A DNA stretch of 64,000 nt from an uncultured cyanobacterium (GCA_963740315.1 CAVUDP010000002.1:3776001-3840000); one strand, 5' to 3'. Numbered from the stretch's first letter, positions 22,074 through 33,622 are shown. Numbers and translations are program-made. The notes: generated from the sequence alone by a model not told the origin.

Positions 22074-22469
22074 ATGAAAAAAATTATGTTTGTATGTAAG
22101 AAAAATTCTCGCCGTTCTCAAATGGCAGAAGCGTTTGCTCGTACTTTAGGAGAAGGCAAAATAGGTGTTACTAGTTCGGGCTTAGAATCAAGTTTTGTAG
22201 ATCCCAAAACTATAGAAATCATGTCAGAAATTGGCATTGATATTAGTAATCAAAAATCTAAACCTTTGAGTGATTTTAATCCAGATGATTATGATGCTGT
22301 AATTTCTTTATGCGGTTGTGGTGTAAATTTACCGCCAGAGTGGGTAACGAGAGATATATTTGAAGACTGGCAACTAGAAGATCCGGAAGGTAAAGATATC
22401 GAAACATTCCGCCGCATCCGAGAAGAAATTAAAGAACGAGTCATAAAATTAATTGAAACCTTGAGTTAG
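22074..22469 (+). CDS. arsC: Arsenate reductase, cyanobacterial glutaredoxin-linked LMWP-fold type
   Basis: CKKNSRRSQMAE P-loop, distal CGC pair, DW-x-L-EDP. Confidence 0.92.
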   Translation: MKKIMFVCKKNSRRSQMAEAFARTLGEGKIGVTSSGLESSFVDPKTIEIMSEIGIDISNQKSKPLSDFNPDDYDAVISLCGCGVNLPPEWVTRDIFEDWQLEDPEGKDIETFRRIREEIKERVIKLIETLS

Positions 22470-22514
22470 TTCTCTTGAATAAATGAACTGAAATTAATAG
22501 ATTAATTGGTTGTG

Positions 22515-22546
22515 AAATTGCCCATAGTTATTGGGGCAATTTTTTT
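22515..22546 (+). terminator. Intrinsic terminator after arsC
   Basis: AAATTGCCC...GGGCAATTT stem followed by a T run. Confidence 0.7.
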
Positions 22547-22550
22547 ATTG

Positions 22551-22582
22551 CTCACAACTTCCTCAAATTATTTATTTATAAA
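22551..22582 (+). promoter_or_regulatory. CTCA-box promoter 3 (hydrolase-like gene)
   Basis: CTCACAACTTCCTCAAATT + 7 nt + TATAAA. Confidence 0.8.
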
Positions 22583-22711
22583 TAAACATAGATAAGTCAA
22601 TTTACATTTCTACTAAAAAACTGAGGGAATTAGGAAGACGCGAATATTCTTATCGAAATAATCTTGATTAATGTTTTTTGATGCTTGAATAATATATCGG
22701 AGGGTATAAAA

Positions 22712-23461
22712 ATGATTAGTAATGTTTTAAATAAGGTTGAGGAAAAAATAGTTTCGATTCCGATTGGTTCTGTTAATTTACAGGCTGAATTAGTAATACC
22801 GTTAGATGCTCGTGGAATTATTCTATTTGTACATGGTAACGGTGTTGGACGCTACAGTACTCGGAATCGCTATCTTGCTCATGTCATGCGTCAAACAGCA
22901 GGGGTTGGAACTGTGTTAATAGACTTACTAACTCCTCAAGAAGAAGCAATCGACTTACGCAGCAAACATTGTAGTAGTAACGTGCAGTTTTTAGCAAAAA
23001 GATTAATTGGTGTAACTAATTGGTTGCTCAATAACCCTAGCACTAGTAATTTGAAAATAGGTTATTTTGGCGATCGCACTGGTGGGGGAGCAGCATTACT
23101 TGCAGCAGCAGAGCATCCTATGCCTGTTGGAGCAATAGTTTCGCGCAGTGGAGAAACTAATTCAACATCAAATGTTTTAAATTATATACTAGCTCCAACT
23201 TTATTAATTGTGGGTGAAAATGATTTACCGTTAATTGCGATGAATCAAGATGCAATATCGAGAATCCGAACACCTAAAAAGCAATTAGAAATTATCCCTG
23301 GTGCTTCTCAACAATTTAACGAGCGAGGTACTTTGGATGAAGTTGCTCGTTTAGCAAGTTGTTGGTTCGGATATTATCTTGCACCACCTCAACAGCGAGA
23401 ACTTTCCGTTCATGCAATGCCTTGGCATCAAATTAATCATGAGATAGCAAATTCAATTTAA
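22712..23461 (+). CDS. Dienelactone-hydrolase-like alpha/beta fold protein with degenerate catalytic residues
   Basis: GIILFVHG, TVLIDLLT, IGYFGDRTGGGAAL, VSRSG and APTLLIVG motifs. RBS GGAGG precedes ATG 22712. Confidence 0.8.
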   Translation: MISNVLNKVEEKIVSIPIGSVNLQAELVIPLDARGIILFVHGNGVGRYSTRNRYLAHVMRQTAGVGTVLIDLLTPQEEAIDLRSKHCSSNVQFLAKRLIGVTNWLLNNPSTSNLKIGYFGDRTGGGAALLAAAEHPMPVGAIVSRSGETNSTSNVLNYILAPTLLIVGENDLPLIAMNQDAISRIRTPKKQLEIIPGASQQFNERGTLDEVARLASCWFGYYLAPPQQRELSVHAMPWHQINHEIANSI

Positions 23462-23468
23462 AAAGCTC

Positions 23469-23500
23469 CTCACAACTTCCTCAAATTCTTTTCCTACTCT
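23469..23500 (+). promoter_or_regulatory. CTCA-box promoter 4 (hsp20)
   Basis: CTCACAACTTCCTCAAATT + 7 nt + TACTCT. Confidence 0.85.
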
Positions 23501-23554
23501 GAAAATGAAAGATTTCAAAACCTTGAAATAAGAAATCGTCAGGAGGCAAAAATT

Positions 23555-24034
23555 ATGGCAATTAAACGTTGGGAACCCTTTCAAGAAATAGAACGCTGGG
23601 AACCTTTATCCAGAGAGCCAATGTGGGCATTAGACCAAATGCAAAGGCAGATGAATCGCTTGATGGAGGGCTTTATGCCAAGCGGTAACGGAGGCTCTGC
23701 ACTCAACTACATACCCTCCGCAGAAATGGAAGAAACTGCTGAGGAAATCAAACTCAAATTGGAAATTCCGGGAATGGAAGCCAAGGATTTGAATGTTGAT
23801 GTTACAGAAAACTCTGTTTCTATTAACGGAGAGCGTAAGTCTGAAACAAAAACAGAAGAAAAAGGTATGGTACGCTCGGAATTCCACTACGGTAGATTTG
23901 AGCGGAAAATTCCTTTACCAGCCCACGTTCAGAATGACAAAGTACAAGCAGAATACAAAAATGGTATTCTGACCCTTAACTTACCCAAAATTGAAGGTGA
24001 GAAACATAAAGCCGTGAAAATCAACGTGAAATAA
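23555..24034 (+). CDS. Small heat-shock protein Hsp20/alpha-crystallin
   Basis: RSEFHYGRFERKIPLP and AEYKNGILTLNLPK. Confidence 0.95.
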   Translation: MAIKRWEPFQEIERWEPLSREPMWALDQMQRQMNRLMEGFMPSGNGGSALNYIPSAEMEETAEEIKLKLEIPGMEAKDLNVDVTENSVSINGERKSETKTEEKGMVRSEFHYGRFERKIPLPAHVQNDKVQAEYKNGILTLNLPKIEGEKHKAVKINVK

Positions 24035-24068
24035 ATAATCGTTAGTTTTTACCACAAAAATAATGTAG

Positions 24069-24089
24069 AGACGTTGCAATGCAACGTCT
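24069..24089. repeat. Palindromic dispersed repeat, possible bidirectional terminator
   Basis: AGACGTTGCA-A-TGCAACGTCT between convergent genes. Related copy at 33913-33934. Confidence 0.7.
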
Positions 24090-24180
24090 TTTATATGTTT
24101 CGATTTTGACTATTTTAATGGTGAAATGATATGAATCAAAGTTTATATTCAATCTAACTACTTATCTAAGCCGCAATGTA

Positions 24181-25086
24181 TTAGCTTATTTTCTTATCCC
24201 CAAAAGTAATGCTATCTACTTTATAAGCAGGTGGCTCAACATGGATAACAACCCGCACGGGGTGAAATTTTTCTTGTATACGGTGTTCCACCTCTTCGGT
24301 AATCCAATGTGCTTGTTCTACATCGAGAGCATCTACAATTAAATGCATTTCAACAAATACTTGTCGTCCAATAACACCTCGTGATGCAATATCATGACAA
24401 TTGACGACTCCGGGAACCGAAAGTGCTATTTTATGAATAATTTCTGGTGCTATTGCGATTTTATCTACTAACCAGGGTAAATTCTCTTTCACAATTGACC
24501 ACCCACTTCTAAATACCAACATCGCTACTGGTAAAGCCAAAACTATATCTAACCACTGATAACCAAACCAAACACCTATTAAACCCGCAATCACCGTAAT
24601 AGTTATCCAAATATCACTCATCGTATGTTTGGCATCAGCAATTAAAATTGCACTCATAACACGTTTACCTACAGCACGCTCAGTAAATGCGACAAATATG
24701 TTAATACCTAAAACAATTAGTAATATCCACAGTTCAAACTGTGAAACTTTGACTGCTTCAGTACCCTGGATAATTCTATCAATTACACTTTGAATAATTT
24801 CAAAGCAAGCTATGCCTAAAAAAGCTGCAATACCTAATGCTCCTAAAGCTTCAAACTTTCGGTGTCCATAAGGATATTCTCGATCGGGCAAGGGGGAAGA
24901 AAATCTGTTGGTAACTAATCCTAAAATATTGTTGGCGCTATCTGTTACACTATGGAGCGCATCAGCAATTATAGTTAAAGAACCAGTTGATGCTCCGACA
25001 AAAATTTTTAACCCCATAACTGACAAATTAAATAACAAAGTAATAGTTAAAACTTTTTTAACTATTATTCGATTGTCGATATTCAT
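24181..25086 (-). CDS. Cation diffusion facilitator (FieF-like)
   Basis: ADALHSVTD, YPYGHRKFE, ADAKHTMSD and IHVEP motifs. Confidence 0.93.
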   Translation of the reverse strand: MNIDNRIIVKKVLTITLLFNLSVMGLKIFVGASTGSLTIIADALHSVTDSANNILGLVTNRFSSPLPDREYPYGHRKFEALGALGIAAFLGIACFEIIQSVIDRIIQGTEAVKVSQFELWILLIVLGINIFVAFTERAVGKRVMSAILIADAKHTMSDIWITITVIAGLIGVWFGYQWLDIVLALPVAMLVFRSGWSIVKENLPWLVDKIAIAPEIIHKIALSVPGVVNCHDIASRGVIGRQVFVEMHLIVDALDVEQAHWITEEVEHRIQEKFHPVRVVIHVEPPAYKVDSITFGDKKIS

Positions 25087-25273
25087 AGAGTAACCCTGTT
25101 TATTGTCTTGGTTTGCTTAGAAGCGATACCAAGGCTTGTAATCCTTATGTACTATCCTTTGTAGCCTAGAACATATTGCTAGCTTTCTAGATTTTGTGAA
25201 ATTGTGACTTCATATTTTATTTTGCACTGACATAATTTCTACTTGTATTGAAAATTAGATAAAATGGCATAAA

Positions 25274-25756
25274 TCAAAGTTTATATCCAATCTGACGTAG
25301 AAAATCTTTGCGTTCTATCATATCTTCAGAAGATTCTACACCCTTTGGGGCAAATCCATCAATAACACCGATTATACCTCTCCCTTGTTCAGTTTCTGCC
25401 ACAATTACCTGTACTGGATTAGCAGTAGCACAGTAAATAGTGCAAACTTCAGGAACTTGTCTGATGGTATTAAGAAAGTTCATCGGATAAGCATTTTTCA
25501 ATAAAATAATAAAGCTGTGTCCTGCCCCCAACTCTAAAGCATTTTTCTGAGCAACAGCTTGTAAATATTCATCATTTCCTGAATGTCGAACTAAACATTC
25601 TCCCGATGCTTCGCAAAAAGCCAATCCAAACTTGACTTGTGCTACCTGTTGAATCATTACTTCATGTAAGTCTTCAACAGTTTTGATGAAATGACTTTGA
25701 CCGATAATAATATTACAATCTTCAGGAATCTTTACTGCAACTGTTTCAAGTTTCAT
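25274..25756 (-). CDS. Adenosine-specific kinase family (DUF355) protein
   Basis: GQSHFIKTVEDL, FCEASG, CATANP and GRGIIGVIDG motifs. Confidence 0.88.
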   Translation of the reverse strand: MKLETVAVKIPEDCNIIIGQSHFIKTVEDLHEVMIQQVAQVKFGLAFCEASGECLVRHSGNDEYLQAVAQKNALELGAGHSFIILLKNAYPMNFLNTIRQVPEVCTIYCATANPVQVIVAETEQGRGIIGVIDGFAPKGVESSEDMIERKDFLRQIGYKL

Positions 25757-25821
25757 AATCTATGTGAACTTATTAGAGAATACTTGTAAATGATTATTTT
25801 TTGTTGTAATAATCTTTATTT

Positions 25822-25853
25822 ATAGTAAAAAATAATTATGGGGAAGTCGTGAA
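25822..25853 (-). promoter_or_regulatory. CTCA-box promoter 5 (DUF355-CDF)
   Basis: TTCACGACTTCCCCATAAT + 7 nt + TACTAT. Confidence 0.7.
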
Positions 25854-25884
25854 GGTGCTATCTCCCAGATTAAATATGTTTTTC

Positions 25885-25916
25885 CTCACAAAATCCTCAA
25901 ATTTATTATTTAATCT
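25885..25916 (+). promoter_or_regulatory. CTCA-box promoter 6 (N-ATPase operon)
   Basis: CTCACAAAATCCTCAAATT + 7 nt + TAATCT. Confidence 0.8.
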
Positions 25917-25960
25917 TTAAATTGAATACGAGCAAACCGATATAACACCAGGAGATTGCT

Positions 25961-26209
25961 ATGACTGCTAAATCTAATTTCCTCTATCCTCACTCTTCTT
26001 TTCACGGAGAAGTTAAACCAGAGAATTTAGTATTCGATGCAAATCTCCAAGAATTTGCCCATAAAGCTAGCTATATTTGTAACCTTGAAACCAATGGTAA
26101 ACTTTCGCCAGAAGAAGCTTATCAACAAATAAAAAAACTTTGGAAAGATTTGAAAAACAGTAAGAAGCAACTTCAAATAGGCAAAAATCCTTTCCAACAG
26201 GATACATAA
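25961..26209 (+). CDS. Small conserved cyanobacterial protein
   Basis: PENLVFDANLQEFA...LETNGKLSPEEAYQQIKKLW. RBS AGGAG. Confidence 0.8.
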   Translation: MTAKSNFLYPHSSFHGEVKPENLVFDANLQEFAHKASYICNLETNGKLSPEEAYQQIKKLWKDLKNSKKQLQIGKNPFQQDT

Positions 26210-26226
26210 AGTCAACTCCATTTTAG

Positions 26227-27643
<1,417 letters not shown>

Positions 27644-27645
<2 letters not shown>

Positions 27646-27770
27646 TTGGAATTGGGAATTGGGCATTGGGCATGGGGAATTGGTAATTGGTAATTGGTAA
27701 TTGGTAATTTCTACCCCCTCTTCCCCCTCTTCCCCCTCTTCCCCCTCTTCCCCCTCTCCCCTCTCTTTAT
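27644..27770. repeat. STRR arrays (heptamer, then 9-mer)
   Basis: (ATTGGGC/ATTGGTA)n followed by (TCTTCCCCC)n. Confidence 0.85.
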
Positions 27771-27784
27771 TCCCCATTCAAATC

Positions 27785-28177
27785 ATGATGCATTTAAAAA
27801 TATTGCTACCGACAGAAGTATTAATAGATGAAGCAGCGAGCAAAATTACTGCTGAAGCTGAAAATGGCTCTTTTTGCTTGTTACCCAATCATGTTGATTT
27901 TGTCGCTGGATTAGTTCCGGGATTGTTGTTGTTTGAATCAAGTAATAAAGAAGAAGTTTTTTTAGCAGTTGATGAGGGAATTTTAGTGAAATGCGGTTCT
28001 GAGGTGTTGGTGTCGGTACGAAATGCTATCAGGGGAACTGATTTAGAAACTTTGAAAAATACTGTGGAACAAGAGTTCAGAGTTTTGGATGAAAAAGAAC
28101 AAATGACTCGTAACGCATTAGCGAAATTAGAAGCTAGTTTTATACGCGGTTTTCTAGAAGTGGGAGGTAAACCATGA
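27785..28177 (+). CDS. atpC: N-ATPase epsilon subunit
   Basis: LKILLPTEV, GSFCLLPNHVDF and AVDEGILVKCG. The ORF-track N-terminus is translated repeat. Confidence 0.92.
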   Translation: MMHLKILLPTEVLIDEAASKITAEAENGSFCLLPNHVDFVAGLVPGLLLFESSNKEEVFLAVDEGILVKCGSEVLVSVRNAIRGTDLETLKNTVEQEFRVLDEKEQMTRNALAKLEASFIRGFLEVGGKP

Positions 28178-28476
28178 AATCTAAAAAGCCTCGCGAATCT
28201 TGGGAGGATTTTCACGAGCAGGTTAGGGCTAAATCAAAACGTAAGTTGAAAGCACGACGGGAAGCAAACCATACTGCTTGGTTTGGTTTAGGAATGTTTG
28301 GCATTGTTGGCTGGTCAATTACTGTTTCAACTTTGCTTGGTATAGTGCTAGGGATTTGGATTGATACTAAGTTTCCCAGTCAGTATTCCTGGACTTTGAT
28401 GTTGCTGTTTGTTGGTGTTGTTTTGGGTTGTCTAAATGCTTGGTATTGGATTCAAAGCGAGCGTAGCGATGATTGA
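28174..28476 (+). CDS. atpQ: N-ATPase AtpQ (AtpZ/AtpI-like) membrane subunit
   Basis: WFGLGMFGIVGWSI and GCLNAWYWI; position in the operon. Confidence 0.88.
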   Translation: MKSKKPRESWEDFHEQVRAKSKRKLKARREANHTAWFGLGMFGIVGWSITVSTLLGIVLGIWIDTKFPSQYSWTLMLLFVGVVLGCLNAWYWIQSERSDD

Positions 28477-29698
28477 GTCAGTGCAGACTTTACCGTTAGT
28501 AATTTTATTAATGGGTGTAGCTCTTACCCTTGCTATTTTGATTAAGTCTTTACTGGCTAAAATAGGAATTCCAGCATTAATCGGCTATTTAGCATTGGGG
28601 TTTCTATTAAAACTTGCAGATGTAGAATGGGATTTTCTATCGGTAAAAGCAGAAGAAATTTTTGAGTTTCTCGCGGAAATTGGGATTATTTCGCTGCTAT
28701 TTCGAGTGGGTTTGGAAAGTGATTTAGTAGGATTACTGCGTCAGTTATCCAAAGCGTTTGGCGTATTAATTGGTGATGTTTTAATTAGTGGTGTTTTTGG
28801 TTTTGTTACCGCTTATTTTTTCTTAAAAATAGCTTTGATTCCTAGTTTATTTATTGCTATAGCCTTTACTGCTACGAGTGTGGGTGTTTCGGTGGCTGTT
28901 TGGCGAGAAAAAAACGCGATTCGTTCTCGCAATGGTGAAATTCTGCTGGATGTAGCGGAGATGGATGATATAGCTAGCGTCATTTTAATGGCTTTGCTGT
29001 TTGCAGTTGCTCCCTCATTACACAATGGCAATGGCACCACAATATCAATATTTTCAACTATTGCTGTCACATCCAAAGTCTTTTTTATAAAAGCAATTTT
29101 CTTTAGTGCTTTTTGCTTGTTATTTTCACGTTACGTTGAAAGAAATTTGACTAAGTTTTTTAGCAAAATAGAAAAGCCGCCCGACCCCATGTTAGAAGTA
29201 GTTGGAGTGGGCTTTATTATTGCTGCGCTTGCTGGATTACTGGGTTTCTCAGCCGCTATCGGTGCGTTCTTCGCTGGACTTTTATTCAGCCGCGATTCAG
29301 AAGCGGTGAAAATGGATGCTTCTTTCGGAGCTTTATATGAACTTTTTACGCCATTCTTTTTTATTGGTATTGGCTTGAATATTCAACCTCGTGCGTTAAA
29401 TGAAGGTTTAGCAATCGGTTCAATTCTGTTGATAGCCGCAGTTCTCGGTAAGTTAATTGGTGCCGGAATTCCAGCTTTTTTTGCTACAGATTGTACTGGT
29501 GCGACACTGATTGGTTTGAGCATGATTCCCAGAGCCGAAATTTCGATGATTGTCATGCAGCGAGGATTAACATTAGGAGATTGGGCTGTTCCTTCTAATG
29601 TATTTGCTGCAATGGTTTTTGTTTGTGCAGTAACCAGCGTCATAGTACCGATTTTTCTCAATTCTTTACTCGGTAAATTACAACTTCAGGAGGAATAA
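28469..29698 (+). CDS. CPA2-family cation:proton antiporter
   Basis: LLFRVGLESD, ATSVGV, AEMDD, GAFFAG and MIPRAE motifs. Confidence 0.88.
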   Translation: MIESVQTLPLVILLMGVALTLAILIKSLLAKIGIPALIGYLALGFLLKLADVEWDFLSVKAEEIFEFLAEIGIISLLFRVGLESDLVGLLRQLSKAFGVLIGDVLISGVFGFVTAYFFLKIALIPSLFIAIAFTATSVGVSVAVWREKNAIRSRNGEILLDVAEMDDIASVILMALLFAVAPSLHNGNGTTISIFSTIAVTSKVFFIKAIFFSAFCLLFSRYVERNLTKFFSKIEKPPDPMLEVVGVGFIIAALAGLLGFSAAIGAFFAGLLFSRDSEAVKMDASFGALYELFTPFFFIGIGLNIQPRALNEGLAIGSILLIAAVLGKLIGAGIPAFFATDCTGATLIGLSMIPRAEISMIVMQRGLTLGDWAVPSNVFAAMVFVCAVTSVIVPIFLNSLLGKLQLQEE

Positions 29699-29700
29699 AA

Positions 29701-29982
29701 ATGAATTATTCTATGCATCTATTCTTAGCCTTAACTTTTGGTTTTGCGATTGGAATGTTTTACTTTAGTAGCCTTTGGATAACAGTCAGACAACTACCAA
29801 CAACGCAACAACCAATATTATTAATTGTAGGTAGTTTATTAGGTCGTTTAAGTATTGCTGTACTTGGCTTTTACTTAATTATGGATGGAAGCTGGCAACA
29901 ATTACTAATTGCTTTATTAGGCTTTGTTTTAGCACGCAGTATTTTAATTAGACGTTGGAAGCCAAGGCGATTTTTACAGTAA
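29701..29982 (+). CDS. atpR: N-ATPase AtpR subunit
   Basis: GMFYFSSLWITVRQ and SLLGRL; three TM segments. Confidence 0.85.
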   Translation: MNYSMHLFLALTFGFAIGMFYFSSLWITVRQLPTTQQPILLIVGSLLGRLSIAVLGFYLIMDGSWQQLLIALLGFVLARSILIRRWKPRRFLQ

Positions 29983-30118
29983 TTAGTTCTATTCTGTTCA
30001 AAGAATACTGATTGAAATAACCGCAGAGAACACAGAGAGCGCAAAGGTAAGAGATAAAGAGAGGTAAGTCGTTTTTGCGGCTGAGGAAATAAGGCATAGT
30101 TAGAGATTTTTTTTAATC

Positions 30119-30799
30119 ATGGAAATTAGTCCAGACAATATAGTTTATTGGCAGTCGGGTGCAATTACTTTAAATGCTACGATTGTTTTTACTTGGTTGG
30201 TAATGACATTTTTGGTCATAGTTTCTTGGTTGGTAACTCGTAATTTATCACCAAATCCGAAGATATCCCGATGGCAAAGTTTACTAGAAATTATCGTCGA
30301 AGGAATTGCCAATCAAATTCATGAAGTCAGTCAACAAGAAGCTAGAAAATATATCGGTTTTATTGGCACTTTATTTCTATTTATTGCCGTTTCAAATACT
30401 CTAGCAATTGTACCCGGATATCAACCTCCAACAGGTTCGCTTTCCACAACAACGGCTTTGGCTTTATGCGTATTTGTAGCCGTACCCCTGTTTGGCATTA
30501 TCAAACGCGGTTTTTTCGGGTATTTAAGGAATTACATTCAACCGACAATATTTATGTTGCCATTTAATATTATCGGAGAATTTTCTCGCACTTTAGCTTT
30601 AGCTGTGAGATTATTCGGCAACATTATGAGCGGTACTATGCTTGTAGCTATTCTTTTGTCATTAGTTCCGTTATTTTTTCCAATTGTCATGCAGCTATTA
30701 GGATTAGTATTTGGACTAATTCAAGCATACGTTTTCGCAATGTTAGCAATGGTATATATCGCTTCGGCTACTAGTACACAACGGCAAAATCAAAGTTAG
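30119..30799 (+). CDS. atpB: N-ATPase subunit a
   Basis: SRTLALAVRLFGNIMSG and GLIQAYVF. Confidence 0.96.
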   Translation: MEISPDNIVYWQSGAITLNATIVFTWLVMTFLVIVSWLVTRNLSPNPKISRWQSLLEIIVEGIANQIHEVSQQEARKYIGFIGTLFLFIAVSNTLAIVPGYQPPTGSLSTTTALALCVFVAVPLFGIIKRGFFGYLRNYIQPTIFMLPFNIIGEFSRTLALAVRLFGNIMSGTMLVAILLSLVPLFFPIVMQLLGLVFGLIQAYVFAMLAMVYIASATSTQRQNQS

Positions 30800-30878
30800 G
30801 AGTTAGGAGTTAAGAGTTAGGAGTTAAATATTAATTTCATTCACTGTTCACTGCTCACTGCTCACTGATAACTGAACT
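30795..30878. repeat. STRR heptamer arrays
   Basis: (AGTTAGG)n and (TCACTGY)n. Confidence 0.8.
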
Positions 30879-31148
30879 ATGGATAATCTTGGTTTAATTG
30901 GTATGGCATCGATTGTAACTGCTGGGTTAACAATCGCAATTGGTTCGATAGCTCCTGCTCTGGGTGAAGGGATGGCTGTTGCTCGTGCTTTAGGTGCGAT
31001 CGCCCAACAGCCGGATAAGGCAAACGTCATTACCCGCACGCTTTTCGTCGGTTTAGCAATGATTGAGTCTACTGCTATCTATTGCTTTGTGGTGACGATG
31101 ATTTTACTATTCGTAAATCCATTTTGGGAACATTTTAAAGGAGGCTAA
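30879..31148 (+). CDS. atpE: N-ATPase subunit c with Na+-binding signature
   Basis: ALGEG in helix 1 and ESTAIY in helix 2. Confidence 0.96.
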   Translation: MDNLGLIGMASIVTAGLTIAIGSIAPALGEGMAVARALGAIAQQPDKANVITRTLFVGLAMIESTAIYCFVVTMILLFVNPFWEHFKGG

Positions 31149-31151
31149 ACC

Positions 31152-31955
31152 GTGCTGATTAATTGGTTTACGGTTATCGCTCAAATAATCAACTTCCTGA
31201 TTCTGGTTTTTTTACTTCAGCGCTTTTTATATAAACCCATAATGCAAACAATCAAAAAACGACAAAAAATGATTGATGCAAGATGGGAAGATGCTGAAAT
31301 TGCTCAAGAAGAAGCACAACGGGAAGCGGATACTTATCCTCAGCAGCAACAAAAATTAGAGCAGCAAGAACAAGCGATGACAGCACAAATGCTTCAAAAA
31401 GTTGAACAAGAACATCAACAACTTTTAATTAAAGCACGTCGGGAAGTCGAAGGAATGCAGAAAAAATGGAGAGAAGCACTATTACAAGAACAAACTGATT
31501 TTATCCGCTCCTTGCGACAACAAATAGCAGAACAAACTAATATAGTTGTACGTAAAGCTTTGCAAGATTTAGCAAATGTAGATTTAGAACAGCAAATAAT
31601 TGCTAACTTCACTCAGCGCTTGCAAGAAATCGATGAAAATCAAAGACAAATAATTACTCAATCTCTCCAAGATTCCCATCAACCAATAATTATTAAAAGC
31701 AGTTTTGAAATATCTCCAGAAAGTCGCCAACAAATCACTAAAGCTTTGCAAATTCAAGTTATCAGCAATCATCCTTTAGAATTTCAAACTTCACCCGATT
31801 TAATTTGCGGTATTCAAGTCAAGCTAGCAGCATACGTAATTTCCTGGAATTTAAATGATTACTTACAGACATTAGAATCAATGAACAATTATCAATTATC
31901 AATGAACAATGAACAGTTAGGAGTTAGGCAACGGATGGAGTTGGGCAACGGATAA
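31152..31955 (+). CDS. atpF: N-ATPase subunit b (long form)
   Basis: INWFTVIAQIINFLIL, coiled coil, DLICGI...ISWN. Confidence 0.93.
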   Translation: MLINWFTVIAQIINFLILVFLLQRFLYKPIMQTIKKRQKMIDARWEDAEIAQEEAQREADTYPQQQQKLEQQEQAMTAQMLQKVEQEHQQLLIKARREVEGMQKKWREALLQEQTDFIRSLRQQIAEQTNIVVRKALQDLANVDLEQQIIANFTQRLQEIDENQRQIITQSLQDSHQPIIIKSSFEISPESRQQITKALQIQVISNHPLEFQTSPDLICGIQVKLAAYVISWNLNDYLQTLESMNNYQLSMNNEQLGVRQRMELGNG

Positions 31956-32093
31956 AGTTAGGCAACGGATAAACTTAGGAATCAATAACTAATAGTTTAA
32001 ATTTCTTCTTGTCTCCCCATCTCCCCATCTCCCCATCTCCCAATTCCCCATCCCCCATGCCCCATGCCCAATCCCCAATCCCCAATCCCCATC
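31880..32093. repeat. STRR arrays in the atpF tail and atpF-atpA spacer
   Basis: AATGAAC/AATTATC heptamers, three copies of GTTRGGCAACGGAT, TCCCCATCT 9-mers and CCCCAAT heptamers. Confidence 0.8.
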
Positions 32094-33614
32094 ATGATAT
32101 TACAATCAGTTATAGAAGATACATTTTCAACTTTTGAACAAGTATTAAATAGTTACCATGCCCAGATAAATATCCGGGAAATTGGCATGGTCATATCTGT
32201 AGGACGAAGTATTGCTCGTGTATCTGGCTTACCCAGCGTTAAAGCGGATGAATTGCTTTATTTTCCGTCATCTAACCTAAAAACACCTTTATTAGGAATT
32301 GCCTTTAATCTCGACCCTGATGAAATTGGTGTGATTCTATTAGGAGAAAGCCAGCATCTACAGGCAGGTGATGAAGTTTACCGGACTGGTCGAGTTATGG
32401 ATGTGCCGGTGGGAGAGCAGTTTTTGGGTAGAGTTGTGGATGTTATGGGTAATGTTTTAGATGAGGGGGGAAGTATTGAAATTACCAAACGTCTTCCTGT
32501 GGAACGGGAAGCTCCACCAATTATGAATCGCGCTCCAGTAACTCAACCTTTGCAAACTGGATTGAAAGTAGTAGATGCTTTGATCCCAATTGGTAGGGGA
32601 CAGCGAGAATTGATAGTGGGGGACAGACAAACTGGAAAAACGGCGATCGCCCTCGACACCATTATCAACCAAAAAGATAAAAACGTTATCTGCGTTTATT
32701 GCGCTATTGGACAACGAGCTTCAGCGGTAGCGAAAGTAATTGAAACTCTGCGACAACAGGGAGCAATGGAATACACGGTTGTCATAGTTGCTTCTGGACA
32801 AGATTCTCCAGGATTGCAATATATTACTCCTTACGGAGCCACGACGATGGCTGAATATTTCATGGAGCAAGGACACGATGTATTAATTATCTATGATGAT
32901 TTTACCCATCATGCCAGAGCTTATCGAGAACTATCGCTGTTGCTGCGTCGTCCCCCCGGTAGAGAAGCTTATCCGGGAGATATTTTCTATATTCATTCAC
33001 GCTTGTTGGAGCGCTCAACCCATCTGAGCGATAAATATGGAGGTGGTTCCCTAACTGCATTACCGATAGTAGAAACACAAGCCCAAAATATTTCGGCTTA
33101 CATTCCCACCAACTTAATATCTATCACAGACGGTCAAATATATCTGTCTCCAGACTTATTTCAAAAAGCTATTTTCCCCGCTATAGATGTAGGTAAATCA
33201 GTTTCGCGAGTAGGCGGTAAAACTCAATTAAATGCTTACCGTGCAGTGGCTGGAGATTTAAGACTTTCCTATTCTCAATTCCAAGAAGTAGAAGTTTTTG
33301 CTCGTTTTGGTACGCAACTCGACGAACAAACCAAAAAAACTCTAACTAGAGGACAAAGAGTCCGAGAAATACTCAAACAATCACAGTCTCAACCATTATC
33401 AGTACCCGAACAAATAGCGGTACTTTTAGCGGTAACTAATGGTGTTTTTGACTCAATAGCTCTAGAAAAGATTGACGAAGTTAGTACAGCATTGTGTCGA
33501 AAAGTGAGGAGAGACTTATCATCTGTTTGTAAAAGTATTGAAACGGGTAAAAAATTAACCGACGAAGAATATCAAGCCATTTTGAAAATAGCTAGAGAAG
33601 TAATTAAGGAGTAA
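32094..33614 (+). CDS. atpA: N-ATPase alpha subunit
   Basis: [18 protein letters not shown] and SVSRVGG. Confidence 0.97.
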   Translation: MILQSVIEDTFSTFEQVLNSYHAQINIREIGMVISVGRSIARVSGLPSVKADELLYFPSSNLKTPLLGIAFNLDPDEIGVILLGESQHLQAGDEVYRTGRVMDVPVGEQFLGRVVDVMGNVLDEGGSIEITKRLPVEREAPPIMNRAPVTQPLQTGLKVVDALIPIGRGQRELIVGDRQTGKTAIALDTIINQKDKNVICVYCAIGQRASAVAKVIETLRQQGAMEYTVVIVASGQDSPGLQYITPYGATTMAEYFMEQGHDVLIIYDDFTHHARAYRELSLLLRRPPGREAYPGDIFYIHSRLLERSTHLSDKYGGGSLTALPIVETQAQNISAYIPTNLISITDGQIYLSPDLFQKAIFPAIDVGKSVSRVGGKTQLNAYRAVAGDLRLSYSQFQEVEVFARFGTQLDEQTKKTLTRGQRVREILKQSQSQPLSVPEQIAVLLAVTNGVFDSIALEKIDEVSTALCRKVRRDLSSVCKSIETGKKLTDEEYQAILKIAREVIKE

Positions 33615-33622
33615 AATTCGTC

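Noticed and set aside
22074..22469. ArsC with NSRRS in place of NSCRS as an inactive enzyme
   Set aside because: The CX5R loop and the distal CGC pair are intact, and the second P-loop Cys is not the catalytic nucleophile.
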